A DNA stretch of 64,000 nt from Sphaerodactylus townsendi (Eukaryota), in assembly GCF_021028975.2 (NCBI RefSeq), contig NC_059432.1:29326001-29390000 (forward strand). Reading direction: 5' to 3'. The notes beneath the pieces are model-generated. The model was not told the origin of the DNA, ran no database searches, and worked only from the letters and a program-made list of their open reading frames with translations. The position numbers and the translations under genes are program-made. Below are positions 24,952 through 39,143 of the stretch, piece after piece (the stretch's first letter is position 1; the number at the start of each line of letters is the position of its first letter).

Positions 24952-26959
24952 TTTAATACACACAAACACACCTACCTTGCTAGAGAGGTCCCAATGTGTG
25001 CACATGACAGGGGGCTCCCATCCACAAAAACTCTGCTTTAAAGGGGGATATAAGACTCCTGTTCATTTTTATTGCAAGACTAATGTGCCTACTCCCTGTG
25101 GAACATTTCTCACCCTGTTTCCCAGACTAGCCTCTGTGCATGGAAACACTATCCCAGATGAGTGGTAAGCCTCCACACAATCTTGATCTCAATCCAAGAG
25201 CTTGCTCTCAGATACACAATTGCCTCTGCTGCTACAAAGCAAGCAGAAGCCAGTCCAGGATACAACTGTCAAAAGCACATGGTGGAGAGAGAGTGAATGC
25301 CATTACAGAGTCTTTTAAAGGGTCCCAGTTGGGGTTATTGTACAGTTGGCAAGAACTGACATAGCTCTGCCTAGCATCAAGAACTCAATGCATTAGTGCT
25401 CCAGCGCATTCACTTGCTGCCAAGGCCACTTCATCTGCAATTGGCTCACCAGATCGTTTACTGTTAGTTGAACAGAGTTTCTGCATAGTATCAGCATGCC
25501 TTTTTCTCACCTATTAGTGCACTCTTTTAAATAATGGCTCTCCTAAATGCAGCCAGATCATTAAACAGAGCAGATTAATATTCACAATAGAGGACCTCAG
25601 TTTCTGGGAATCTACCACATACACAGCAATTTCAGAGAGAACCTAAATCTGGTCTTCAAATGTATTCCCTAAATAGTCATTTAACACACATGGAAAATCT
25701 GTTACTGTAATGAAGTAACCTAACACAAAGACCGGCAAGGAAGATTAACATCTTCTGTTACTTTGGAGCTTTACTTTTCAGAAAGCCCTTCACGTTAGAC
25801 ATGGACGATATTAGAAAATATTAATCTCAGCAGGCATTTGAGCTCAACGTACTGCACAATGTCCTCCAGCTATTTTTAAAATGCAGAACTCCTCAAGAGT
25901 TGTACAAACAAATTAATCTTAGTGATGGAACATCTTGACCAAGGTTGTTTGAACAGGGTTTTGAGAACTCAGGAGCAGATCAGAAACAAGCATCAGGAGG
26001 CAGCTGCGAAACTGCAGAGGCCGGGTGAATTGCCAACAGCATTTGTGTGTCTCAGTAAGGCCAATTCCAAAACACAGTGGTTTCAACATGAAAACCTTCA
26101 CACAGGTGTAGAAAGCCTCTTATGCAAACTATACACATTTCATCTCACGTGTTCAACTTTGGTAACCACAATCACATGAACTAAGCAACAGCTGTGCACT
26201 TGGCTTGGCAGCCAGGCTGTATCCATGTCCCACTATGTTGCTTAAAGCAGTGAACACAAATGTGCACCATGCAACACTAAGATGTCTGCAGGGAGCCACA
26301 ACTGTATATCAAGGCTGTTTCTCAGGCTTCTTCCAAAAAGCCCAGAATAGCCAAGTCACAAAATATCTTGGCTCCCGCCCCCCTTCTCAATGCCTAAGGT
26401 ACATTAGGCCAAAAAGAGGCAAGTTGCCCAAACGTTACCTGGTCACCACTGCAGCTGAGCAGGGATGGAAACAATCTACCCAATCTACAACGTCCCCAAT
26501 CTACATCCAGCAGAATGCACCACACCAGTGCAGACAGCAGGGACATTTCTGCCCTTCAGATACACACACAAGTAATCCAGTTGTGCTTCCAATGGGGAGC
26601 AGCTCTGAGAATTACATTGAGATGAAATACAGGATCACTGTAAAGCAGCACTAAAAGAGAGATGAATAGATTTTGGGCATTTAGAAGCCATTCCAAAACA
26701 TGCCCCCCCCCGACATTACAGAAATGTTATACTTATTTTATCTGAATACATTTCACTGCTTTAACATAAAATAATTGATAGCAGCATATAAAATTGTTGT
26801 ACATTTACAACCTCACAAGTACAAACAGCTCTGTCTTCAACAAGCAAAATTAGAAATAAAACCAAAACTATAAAGGAGAACGTTCTGATGGCTATAGTTT
26901 ATTATGGTTTATTAGCAGACATACACACACATATAGACACACACACATATAAAACATAC

Positions 26960-27089
26960 TTTCTTTTCTTTATAACAAAATCCATGTTTACTGTGTTCAG
27001 CTTGCATTTTGCCTGACTCATCTGAGATTCAGGAAAAAAATTGTTAAGTTGAACCCAGAAAACATGGATTTTGTTATAAAGAAAAGAAG
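26960..27089. repeat. About 130-bp palindrome
   Basis: TTCTTTTCTTTATAACAAAATCCATGTTT pairs exactly with AAACATGGATTTTGTTATAAAGAAAAGAA; the inner arms are imperfect. Confidence 0.85.
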
Positions 27090-28163
27090 ATAAAGAAAAG
27101 GTGTGTTACTGGACAGAAACAGTCCCAACCAACAACAGGCTTATTGGATACCAAATTAAACTTTGTAACACTGAACTCTCCAATAGTATCTCATTACAAA
27201 ATTACAGCATACCATGTTTGCCCTGAGTGTAAGACGGACTCCCCAAAAAACAGTCATACACAAAAGTTTATTATTGTGTTTAAAAGTAAATTATGTGCAA
27301 AGAAATACTCCTTCTTTTCTTTTACAGCTCATGAGAAAAAAAAACCTAGTTTTCCTTTCAGATAAAGAGGGGATTGATTGTACAGGAAACTAGTCACATT
27401 TAAACAAATGCATACTCGAAAATATGTTGCACATACCTACAGCATACACAGGAATTATCATCCATACAGCTATAGTAACAATGCACCCGAAAACAAGGCA
27501 CAGTATCCTCTCCCAGACAGTTGCACAGATTCCTCAGCAGACAAACAGATGGGAAAGCTGCTGATGTAGTAGAAATACTGTCAGTCTCTAGTGTGGGGAA
27601 AAAGTTGTTAGTCACTTTCCACTCTTCACAATGGCAGCAATTAGGGTAGCAACGTGACCAGTTCTTGATATCTTTGGAATACAAATTAGTACAGCTTGTA
27701 ATGTTTGGATGTACCATGAATTGAACGTCGTTTCTTTAATACACTGCTAGGGAAAAAAATGTCCCCTGGCCTGGCCTGGCCACCCTAGACAAAACAGCAA
27801 ATAAAAACTGTTCACAAAAGTCAATGTTAACTGGATAGGGAACTTCTCTTTGAAGGCTCAGGACCTTTCCAGGGTTTGCCCCACAATTCCCCAAAACATA
27901 CAAAACAGCGCTATCAATCACAAGCACATCCAACTCATGGGCAAAAATCTCATTTTACATTCCATGGCGGGGGGCGGGGGGGTCTACACTACATACTTTC
28001 TGCTCATTCATTCTTTTTCCAATGTGGAATTGGAACAGAAAATCCACAAGCTGGCAAATACTGCGCCTCTGAAACTCTACTGTCTCCTAGATTTTCACTC
28101 CCTTGGGAGTAGTTTCTGCTCTCATCAGGACTCTACCTACCACTTATGATAAATGGAAGTTCT

Positions 28164-28308
28164 GGGGTGCTGTGAAGATGCCAGATCCTCTGAAGATGCC
28201 AGCCACAGATGCAGGCGAAAAGTCAGGAGAGAATGCTGCTAGAACACGGCCATACAGCCCGGAAACCACACAGCACCCCAGTGATTCCGGCCGTGAAAGC
28301 CTTCGACA
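28164..28308 (+). mobile_element. Penelope-like element 3' remnant with a hammerhead-ribozyme-like core
   Basis: CTGAAGATGCC...GGCGAAAAGTC core; tail GGCCGTGAAAGCCTTCGACAAT; short inverted 5' segment (GGGGTGCTGTG vs CACAGCACCCC); exact 15-bp flanking duplication ATAAATGGAAGTTCT. Confidence 0.75.
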
Positions 28309-31300
28309 ATAAATGGAAGTTCTCTTCCATTGCTTTTTTTTTTTAAAGGAGCTGACTTGTTTGATGGTGCCATACCCACTATCCTCCCATCTTCCTGTTG
28401 CTATTAAGCAACAAACCCATTAGCTCTACATTCGGTTCCCGAGGAGCCATTTGTACAACCCTCCTCCCAACAAAGCTCCATTCTAGTCACAGTCAACACT
28501 AGTTAGAAACTTCACACTCTCTCAAATTACAATTTTCTCCTTGGCAACCACACACTGAGAAATGATATTAATTCTCAGTGGTGTTATAGCACCAATAAAC
28601 ATCTTTTTCAAAAAAATGAACTGCGGTACTTGTTGCTGCGCTGCCCACGGGATCCAGGGAAGATTACACACTGCGGCAATTACGAGACAGCAACGCACAG
28701 ACTGTCCCCACTCCACAAAGACTGCGTAAAAGAGCAGCTCCTGGAAAAAAATTGCGAGTGTAACAGGGAAAGAACAAGCAATGACAGTGGTGATCACCAT
28801 GACAACTGACTACATTAATGACGGTGATTCTGCCACATTTGACTAGGGTAGAAGGAGGGGCGGGAAACACAGGAGGGAGTCTATCCATCACTACATTAAG
28901 GCCTTGACAAATTTTCGTTGAGTCTGGGACCCAGTTCAGAAATTTAGGAGGCGGGCGCATTTTCTAGCATTCAGGGTTTTGTGTTTCAATGACTAAATGT
29001 TCTGACTGTTACTACCCCCAAAACCTAATTCTAACCTCGTCACAATTCCTCTTGTTATAAAAGCGATGACAAAAGCAATGAATATAGAGGTGACTCTGCT
29101 TGTCATCACCACAACAAAAGGCAAACCTTTAGTCTAATGTCACCCCAAATTCTCATAATTATATTATTGCTTGACAAAATCCATTATTGGAGCCAATAAA
29201 GAAAACAACTGGTTTAGAAAGGAATTAATCCACCGCCATCGAATGGTGTAAATTCATATACAGAAGAGTGACCAAAAACTCATCCACATTTGTTTATTTT
29301 CTGTCATACAAAGAAACATTGGGATGCAAAATGATACATAAGCTTTGGGTTGGATCCATCCAGCTTTCTGGCTCAATCTTGGCAAATTCCCAGCCTCATT
29401 CCACATATCTTTTTCCATGCAACTGCCATGATCCCAAATGGAAGCCTTTCGGACGACCAAAGGAGATTCTTTCTCCCATTTTTCACCAGGAGAAAAACTG
29501 ACTGGATCTAGCCCATTGTACTTCTGTTAAGAATTGCTGAGACATACTTTATTAAAACAACTGCTGAAAGTGCTAGGTACCACCTTGACACTTCTAAGCA
29601 TCATGGAGACCTGGGATTGCTCCTTCAGGGTGGCAGACAGCTTGCTTCACTGTGGCTGATTATACATGGAACGTTTACCTCAGAGCTCTTCACTGTACAG
29701 TGGACTTGTTGTGGAGTCTCCTCACATTTTTCTGTTCACATGTAAGGAGGCAGCCCACAGCCTGCAGCGCAGTTTGTCTGCTGAATTCTGCTGGGCCTCT
29801 GCTTCTCCCAGTTCTCTTAACTCCGCCCATCAACAGCCTTAAAGGCACAGGTTTCAACACACTCAGTAGTCCCAAGACTAGAGCTAATATTCTCTCCTCC
29901 TCCCTTCTCCTCCCCACATACTCTCTCCCTTTCTCTTGCTGCTGCTGCAAGAGAAGAGAGAGGCTTGTTTTAAAATAGAGGCTTGTTGGAAATAAAGTTT
30001 TTAAAAGCCCTCCTGATATGTAGAGTGGGGCAGGTGGGGTGGAACCAAAAATAGCCCCTGGTTGTATAGTTCTTTGCAAAAGTCAACTCTCTATTATTCT
30101 AAATATATTGATACGAGCACTTAGGGAAGCAGGAAGGAGCTGGCAACATGGAGGTGTGAAGGTAAGAGGCAAGGGGAAAGGCATGGACAACAGTGCAAGG
30201 GTGTGGGAAGGCTGGCCAAAGATGATCGGGGCAAAGCTCACTGGCAAATCTGCCCATTCTGGCAGCGAAGCAAATTAAAAGTCACACTAGAAGTGGTCTC
30301 GCTTGCCACGGAGATAATAGAAAGTGAAAGCATGGCTCCAAACAATAGGTCCGTACAAGAAATCTTGCTGCAACAGCCTTCATCACGCACCAAATACTTT
30401 GTGCATAATTGGTCTGACTCTCCAAGAATGCTAACAACAGTGAATATGCTCTTAGGACCTCACTGTGCTCTAGCACTACCCACTTGTAGCAAGTCCACCA
30501 CTGACCTTAAGCTAGGAATCAACAATACCTTTGCTATGATAAGCTCACTAGGTCCTCCACATTAAGGATCCATTGTTAAATGTCCATTTAAAAATGTGTA
30601 CATTATTTGATCTTATTCATTGTTGCAGACAGCAACATTGCATTTAAAATGGTAAGGTTTTCTAAGCACTAGCTGGCAGAAGAGGGGTGCTTGGTGTGCA
30701 ATAATTATTATATTACTTCCAGCTCCCAAAGATGACAATTGCATGCCTCAGCACTAATGAAAGCAGTATGTCAATTTGACCATAACAGTTAAAACATGAT
30801 TAAATCTGCAATGAGCAGGGATCCAAGTGTGCAGCCTAAGTTTCCGTAACCCTGAATCATAGCCAACAGGCTGTCAATAAATCTCCAAATGGCTTTACTT
30901 TCTTTCAATAACCTCTCCCTATATTACCCATCTTTTATAGCCAGATTTTACTGCACACTTCATTAGCGTTTTTATCACTTACTAGACTGGCTTGCAGTCA
31001 CTTCTCACTAGCTGTTTAGGCAGCCTTTGGAGATGGACAACAGTGCTCATTTTGACCCATTTCTCACTTACCCCAGTCCACTACACCGGCATTCCTTTCC
31101 ACACCGGTGAGAAAATATGAGAAGCCCCAAGGAACAGGAAGAGTCTGCAATGCCTGCCCTCCTCCTACCTGCATCTCTCTTCCTAAACCTGGGACAATGT
31201 TGGCATGCAGAGCAACCACATTATCCCTGTGACATGACAGGTGAGGCAGCACCTCATCACCCAGGTAATAGAAAATCCAAAGACACTGCCGTGTCTTTTG

Positions 31301-31684
31301 AACCCAATCATCTGCCATCCAGCATTCATTTCAGTATCTCCTTGCTTTTATTTCGACAGTTTTGAGATTGTCAGGCCCAGCAATGGACAAAGGGAAGTGC
31401 TCTTCTACTTTGTTTGATTGCAGTAAGTGCAGACCATTTTCCAACGCTTCATATATGCATGCATAATCTGTTTACAGTTGTCAGGGCTATTGTGCTGAAA
31501 ATCAGTCATGTCAGATGGACTAAATGTGAAGCATGGACGAATCCCAGAGCTTGTACAGGGTCCAGGCTTGGACACAATGGATTTACCTCCTTTTTGCTAT
31601 TTGAATCAGAAAACTGTCCAGAAAACAGACACCACTGGTTGAATCCCGCTGCATGATTTTCCTTGTCCTTGTTACAATCTTGTA

Positions 31685-31978
31685 AAAGGTCAAGTCAGTC
31701 CCCTGTGCCAGCACCGGGCCATTACTGACCCATGGGATGATGCCGCATCACAACATTCACTAGGCAGACTATTTATGAGGTGGTTTGCCATTGCCTTCCC
31801 CAGTCATCTATACTTTATCCCCAGCAGGCTGGGAACTCATTTTACTGACCTCAAAAGGATGGAAGGCTGAGTCAACCTTGAACCAGCTATCAAAAACTGA
31901 CTTCCAGAGGGAGCAAACTCAGGCTGTGAACAGAGCTTTGACTGCACTACCAGTTTATCACTCTGTGCCACAAAGCTC
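31685..31978 (-). mobile_element. Sauria SINE
   Basis: Typical blocks GGTTGACTCAGCCTTCCATCC and GGGAAGGCAATGGCAAACCACC on the - strand, ACCTTT tail. Confidence 0.75.
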
Positions 31979-34900
31979 TCTTGACTTTGGGATTAAATTA
32001 GTCCACTGGTATTGAGCCTGGCAGTATTGATTGAGACTAACAGGCCTGCTTGTTCTTTCGAAACCATTATACCTTCTTACCGTCTGTTCACTGATTGGAT
32101 GACGAACAGAATTTTGAATTAGAGTTCAAATGTATTTGCAACCCCACAATCCGCCAAATCCAGGGCGCAATTTAGGACAAACTACACACACAGAAGGGGC
32201 TTCTTTGAAGCTTTCCCTTCAAGCACCTGCTCTACTCAAAGCTAAAAAACTTAAAAAAAAAACCTTTTAAAAAAGTTGTCTCTGACATGCAGGATAAACT
32301 TCAAATGCCACCCAGTTTCTGTATTCTCTTAACTGTAACCTCAGTCAACAATTAAGGATGTATACCCAGGGATCATCGGTTCTTATGTTTTGTACTAGGA
32401 ACCACCAATCTGTTAGCCAAATTCTGCAACCAATGAATAATTTTTAAAATGTCATGTCAAGTAAAATTACCTTCTAAAAACTTAAGCCAGTCAAGTATAA
32501 GAAGCCAACAATAGAGCAAGTTTAAAGCATTATTAGACAGTTCCAGCTTGTTCTCAGATTTCCAAATACTGCACTGTTTTTGGATGCCCCATCCTGTCGA
32601 TTATGTTGACTTACTCTATGCAAGTCAACTTGAGTCTCGTGAGAAAAGTGGGCTATAATGTAAATAAATAAAACCCCATAAGAGTTGTTTATATGCCCTA
32701 TTAAAACACCTTGAAAATAAGACTGCTCACAGTCAGCTATGATCTTGCCCACTCACATGAGCTTCTCCTTCCCAATGCCAACCTAGGGACCCAACTCCAC
32801 CTGTTTAAAACCTGCAATACAAACATGACGACCATTTAAAAGGCTGAAAATACACTGGGGCCAACAATGCCCTGAATATCATTTTTAAACATAAGAATTC
32901 AGCACAGGGATGCGGAGGCTAGGTATAACGTTCCCCTTTTTGCCCAATTAAGAACATATAAGATGAGTCCTGGTGGATCAGACCATTAGTCCGGTGTAGA
33001 TCAGTAACATGTTTCAAAAAGCAGCCAAACTAGCTACCCTGGAGGGCTTATGGTGGTTTTGCCCTGGGATGTTCTGAGTTTCCAGGTTATCCCAAGTCAC
33101 TACTTTGGGAACTGCCCACTTCCTTCTTCTCCTCTGATTAACCCTTTCTTTGTCTCCCCCCTCCCCCCGGCATCTACTCAACTGGTAGAGTGCAACCAGT
33201 CAAAGGAATGGAGCTCCAGCCCATTATTCCACTGAAGCCTCTTGCTCAACCTGGTTTCTTGCTGGGATGACCACTTTGCCAAGTCAAACTCTGGCAGGAA
33301 TGAGCAGGTGCCCCTCAGGGTCAAAGCAGTCAACTTGCCCCCCCCCCCCCCAATTTATATTTGGTAACATGATTATGAGTATGACATGGTATTGGTCAGT
33401 ACAGAAATCAGCCTTCTAGCATTCAAGTTCTAAAGATACTATGAAATAATCACAGGCACATTCAAGAATGCTCAAGAATATTTATAGCCCTTCTTCAGGT
33501 TGGCAGACAGTGCTTCCAAGGCTGCATTTCCAACAGGGCTGGGCAAAAGACGGAAAATAAAATGGCAAACCACAGTTCATAGCACCCCGACTAAACCTGC
33601 CCCTAACTGGTGAAATCAAAGGGTACAGGTAAAATTCTTAGAGATACAAGCCCTCAGAGAAGCTCCATTACTTTGAGTTTGAAATTTGGGCCTCTTCCCA
33701 CTGTGTGGTTATATGTGATCAAAAGGGAGTCCAATGGAGTTCTTCATGCCACTTGGCATGAATCTGGAGACTAGAGTTAGGCAAGACAGTCTGAGAAGTG
33801 AGAACTTCCCTTCCAAGTCCAGAGACTATATAATCTATTTCCACCCCACACATACCCCAGCACTTGCTGGGATGATACAGGAAGGCAAATTACCGGTAGC
33901 TATCTTCTGGTCACCTCCCCTTTTGTAGAGATTTTTTTTCTCCTGTGCAGGTCCACTGGATTGACTAGCTTCAGCTTTCAGCCTTTGAGTTAATAGCCTT
34001 ATGTGATGGAGACTGCTTTCTTACAACCCTGCAAGGTAGTCCAAGTATAGTGATCTTGAAAGCTGTTCTCCACCAGTCAATAAACACATAGAAGCTCTGC
34101 TGATGGTGCCTCTGTACATGGCAGCTCTCTTTCATCTCCATGGCTACCAGCCATTGATGAACCTCTCCTGCATGAAATCTGTGTAATTCCTTCATACAAG
34201 TTTCCTTGGTAATTCCCAGCATAGAGTTGCACACTGAGCTTTATTGGTTCTCTAAAGCAGAACTGGAAAGGTACCTCCATGGGAAGTTGCATCAGAAAAG
34301 ATCTATATTAAATAACTTTGCATGACCAGGGTCAGGTTGTAGGAGAGAAGATCAGAAGGCTGGCCAGTCAGCTAGTCAGGCTGCAGTTTGCAATGTGCCA
34401 GTTGTCTGCGGCCAGTCAAAAACGCTCGACCACGTACTGTTTTGATTAATGAACAAAGACATTATGCTAATTACAAAGCCAGCTGGCTCTCAGAGGATTC
34501 TGGATGTTCCCAGTTGGAAAGCTCTATGAATAACCTTGCAACAGCAAGTAGGGTTTTCTATGGAATGTTTGACTTCTGACACTGTGACAGTATCACACCC
34601 AGTCTAGCCTATCACACAGGGTTGTTGTGAGGATAAAACGAAAGTGAGGGGGGGAATAATGAAAGCCACTCTGGGACCCCATTGAGGAGACTGGCAGTAT
34701 ATACACAAAGTAAATTAATAAAATAAACATATGTGTGTTGATTTCATGCTTAGAGACACCTGCAGGTACAACTAATGGCCAGTAGGGGAAGCTAGACAAT
34801 ATGGCTTAACTGGGACAGGGACTCCATCAATTCAATGGATAGTCTGTCCCTATATACTCTCTGCAAGGTGACAATCTTCATGACTGCGTAGTGACCTAAA

Positions 34901-37379
34901 TCAAACTAAAAACAAGGTATCCAGGATTGTGAACACATTTCAAATACTTATACAACAAGCCAGAGTCCTTAGTTGCATGGGTGACTGGGCTGTAAACACA
35001 TTCCACGCCCTGCTTATGCTTTACACATGTTCCAATTTCACTCTGGCATTTGTTGCAACTATTAGCCCTTGTAAAGCCTCTTTTCAGGATACCTGATTTC
35101 TAGACTAAAGCTGCTGACCAAGATGCACAAGTGCTGAAAATACAACCATCTCCCCTTGATCTATCAAAACCTCATGCCATCTATCAAAACTCGCGAATGC
35201 ACTATAGATATCTAATACAATGAAGTAAGATCTATAACCAAGACTTTGCCCACAACTACAGGATGTGACCAAGCTGAGCTTCCAGCACAGAACAAATTCT
35301 GGATACCAACAGATTTAAGAGTTTCTATAAGAACATCTAAATGTCAGTTTCACATCTTCAGAAAACTGGTTAAAATTTGGGATGGCGCAGATTGCTGTTC
35401 TGGTTGAACTTTAGAATGGAACCACAGCTTCTGGAGGGAGTAGACCTGGTCAACTTTCAATGGATTCTAGGTCCACTTAAAAACTGGGAGGAGGGCTCTA
35501 TTCTCTCCTTGCCTTGGAGTTCCAGGGATGAATGAAGCAGAGATCTAGTGCAACCACCTAGACTGGGCTGGATCTCTGCCTTGCATCTAGGAGCAGTGAC
35601 CTTGGAACAGAATAAAATTGGTGCAGCTGCCCATACAATGCTGGAAATTCTCCTATCACTATGCCTTTCTGACTGAGGGAGAAAGATTTCTCTTTTCTTA
35701 CTTTTCACTCAGAGAGCTTCCCTTCTGGGATGTAGAACATGACCCACATTCCAGGAAAAAAGATCAGTAAAGCTACCAAAAACCAGGAAAAACCACTTCC
35801 AGACATAAACATAGTACAGTACCAACCATCACAACTTGGAACTTTGTCCCACTGATTTCAATGGGGCTTGCTGCCAAGTAAATGCATTTAGGATTGCAGC
35901 TTTGGCATACCATGTAATTGCCGTTGGCATTTTAGTTATCAGTTCCCAGTGACCTTAAAGAGACATAGCAACAGGATATGACATCTCAAAGCGAGTCTCT
36001 GCCTGAACAAGATACTAACATGTATCAGCAACATAAACTAGGGACTGAATTGTCATCATAACCCTAATCGAACATTTAATCACACCAGGTCAGCCAAATT
36101 TTTAGAGTGGCATTTTAATGGATTTTGCTTGTCTAAATTCACAAGGAAGTTTCATTAAGTGTCACACACTGCTGACAGCTGTTGTTGCTAAGACCTAGTT
36201 TGGCAAGGTTCATTTCCTCACCTTCTCACTATGAATGCTGCTCACCTCACTTGAGAAGGACAACACATTCCAACATCTGAATCCACCTCTCACTTTCTTT
36301 TTTTAGACTACTGAGAAAGAACTAAAGCAGATCATTGCAGTTAAGACTGAGCAATAGGCAAGTGGTCTCCCAGGCCTATAAAGTGGTACAATACTGGCAT
36401 CTGTGTATCCACTCCGGGGGAGAAATGAAAGCAGGGGCTTCACCAAAGCAGAGGGGAACAAGCTATCTTCTAACTGTTGTGGTGGTGCAATAAGCTTTAA
36501 ACACATTCATGGAGGAGATAAAAATTACATACCATTATATCAAACCAGTAAGATAAATGGTAAACGATCTGTGTTAGTTTCTTGCCTTAAAAACCATACT
36601 AGGTTGCCAAAGGTCAGCTGCAACCTGATGGCACTTTACACACACATCAAAGCACACATAAACACACAAGATTCATTATTACAACAGTTACTTTGTCCAA
36701 ACGGCAAGTTGGTTGAGATAGCAAGAGTCCACTCATCACACTTGTAACCACCTTGTATTGGTCTGTTTTATCGGTGCTACCCTACTAGCATCAAAGTGCT
36801 GTGGTACTTTCACAAATTGCCACACAAAGGGGTCATGGCACAGCTCTTCCTCATGGTGACATAAACCCAGGCTCCCACTGGTATGGGGAACAAGCGCACC
36901 GTTCTCCCATGCTCTTGGCCTTCTGCTTCTGAGCTGCAGGAAAGAGGGGTGCTGCTGCATCTTCCATCCACTGTAATATAAAAGACACTCTTGAACCTCT
37001 TTCAGTATGCACCAACTACCTTTTGGGGCCAGCTTATGCACATTCCACAGTATCAAGAGGTCAAGCTCTTCCCAGACTACACCACTACCTCTTTTTTGGG
37101 GGAGGAGTGCTCAAAAACAGAAAACCTGGACGGCAGGCTGAGCCCCTAAACCTGACACATACACAATCGGGGTGAGGAGTTTTATTGGGGGGGGGGAGTG
37201 TTTGGGGATGGTGGAAGATTCACATACGACAACCCCCCCTCCCCAACCAGGATTTCATACAGTCTAGGAAAGCCATCACTTGATAACCATTCGAAGAGCA
37301 GCGTAAAAAGCGCACTGAGAGGTTATGCCTGAATCATTCCAAATGGGAAGGCGCCCCAATGAAAAAACATGCATTTGTC

Positions 37380-37960
37380 TGCTGATCGCCCCTTCCCAGG
37401 GTCTCCCTTCCCCCGCGTCAGGCCCAGACCCCCTCCCCCATCACGCCGCCTCTTCCCCCACCGCAAGTCCCGCTCTCCCCTCCGTGCCCTCCCCCTCCCC
37501 GCATTCCCCATCACCCCACGGCGAGCCCCAGGCCCCGCGACTCGAAGGCCGCCCCGCTCCCCACGGACAGCGGGGCACCGCTGGGGCACGCTCACCTTCT
37601 GTATCCGCTTCAGCGCCATGGGGAGCCGGGGATGCGGGCGGGCCGGTGTAGGGAAGCCGCGAGGGGGGGAGGAAGAGGAGGAGGCGGCGGCGGCGCTGGT
37701 TGCTCCAGGAGGGGGCCGGGCTCTCGCGGGGCGGGTTAAGGCCGGGGCCGAGGCGCCGCTCCGCTCCCGATCGAGGGGTCTTTTGTTTCCGCTTCTACTT
37801 ATAGACTACACGCCCCGCCCACTCGTTCTCGCCGCCGAACGGCATCCTGGGAGATGTAGTTCCCCGAGGGTCACTGCCGCGGCAAAACGCCCCCTGCAGG
37901 GCTCAAACCGCAGCCGAAGTAGAATTGACACTAACTGGGATTCGGCGCTTAAGTTGCTGC
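37380..37960 (-). promoter_or_regulatory. UBE2D1: CpG-island promoter of UBE2D1
   Basis: Very GC/CpG-rich around exon 1; GC boxes; ZNF143/THAP11-type motif AACTACATCTCCCAGGATGCC (- strand, 37841-37861). Confidence 0.8.
37596..37619 (-). CDS. UBE2D1: UBE2D1 (UbcH5a E2 enzyme) exon 1, MALKRIQK
   Basis: 24 nt, ATG at 37619, donor AAG|GTGAG. RIQK matches UBE2D1 (D2/D3 have RIHK/RINK). Confidence 0.97.
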
Positions 37961-38972
37961 AGCCCTAAATTATCTGGTCGTGGTGATGAGTCTGCCATTC
38001 AAAAGAATGGGCATATTCACTGCAGAATGAGCCATCTCTTCCAGGAGGCCGAGGTTCCCCTAACTCCTGCTGATGCCCCCTCTCTGTCCACTACTTTGGG
38101 GCACCTGCCCCCCTTTCCCCTTTAGATCCAACCCTGGTTGGGCTGAGAGAGTGTGACTGGCGCAAGGTCATCTAGCAAACTTCCAGTGTACTAACCGGGA
38201 TTCAAATCTGGATGCCCCAGATACTAGTTTGACACTCTTAACTAGCTCTCTAAATAAACAAATAGCAATAAATAAATAAGTAGATTATTATTCTTATTCT
38301 TATTCTTATTTATTACATTTAATAGACCGCCCTACCCCCGATATAATGAACTGATTCTAGATTCACCCTTTTAGAGTACACTCTAAAAATTAAACTGAAC
38401 TTCGTTTAGAATTGCTCTGCAAATAGCATGAAGCCAATAGATAGGAATAACTGATTATTCCTTTGTTTAACTACGGTTTTAAAATGAACTGTCAATACTG
38501 ATCATAGATCCACAGTGTTAGAAGGGATCTCAACAGTTATATAGTCCGATATACCAATCAGTGAAGAAATGTGCAACTACATCATCCTTGACAGATGGCC
38601 ATTCAGCCTCTGCTTAAACATCTCCCATGAAGGTATCTCCATCACCTTCTAAAGCTATCTGTTTCACCGATTAACGTCTCTTACCATTAAGAAGCTTCTC
38701 CTAGGATTTTGCTGCAATCTGTTGGAAGGGATCTTCCCATGAACTGAAATCCGCCAAAAATTATCCTCGTCTAGTCATAAGGAAACCTAATTTGCACTAT
38801 TGCAACCTCTTGTCTGAAACCACCCCTATTGAAACAGAAAATGGATATGCAAGTGTCATTTTTGAAGAAGCTTTTACTAATAAAGGGTTTCCTATGTGAC
38901 TGATTGGTCCAAAAACTTTATCATGTCACTGATGGCAGAGATGACCTCTCTTCAGAAACATTACCAACCAAC

Positions 38973-39143
38973 TGGTTCTGGTGGGTTTTCCGGGATGTGT
39001 GGCTGTGGTCTGGTGGATCTTGTTCCTAACGTTTGGACTGCATCTGTGGCTGGCATCTTCAGAGGTGTATCACAGAGGGAAGTCTGTTACACACTGTGTC
39101 CCACCAGAACCAGTTGAATCTGGCCATGAAAGCCTTCCACAAT
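38973..39143. mobile_element. Penelope-like element remnant with an inverted terminal segment
   Basis: Related to 28164-28308: hammerhead-like part on the - strand, tail GGCCATGAAAGCCTTCCACAAT on the + strand; 15-bp flanking duplication acattaccaaccaac/acattatcaaccaac. Confidence 0.7.

Noticed and set aside
37369-37968. 199-aa + strand ORF antisense to UBE2D1 exon 1
   Set aside because: Low-complexity Pro/Arg/Ala translation typical of stop-poor CpG islands; no recognisable domain.
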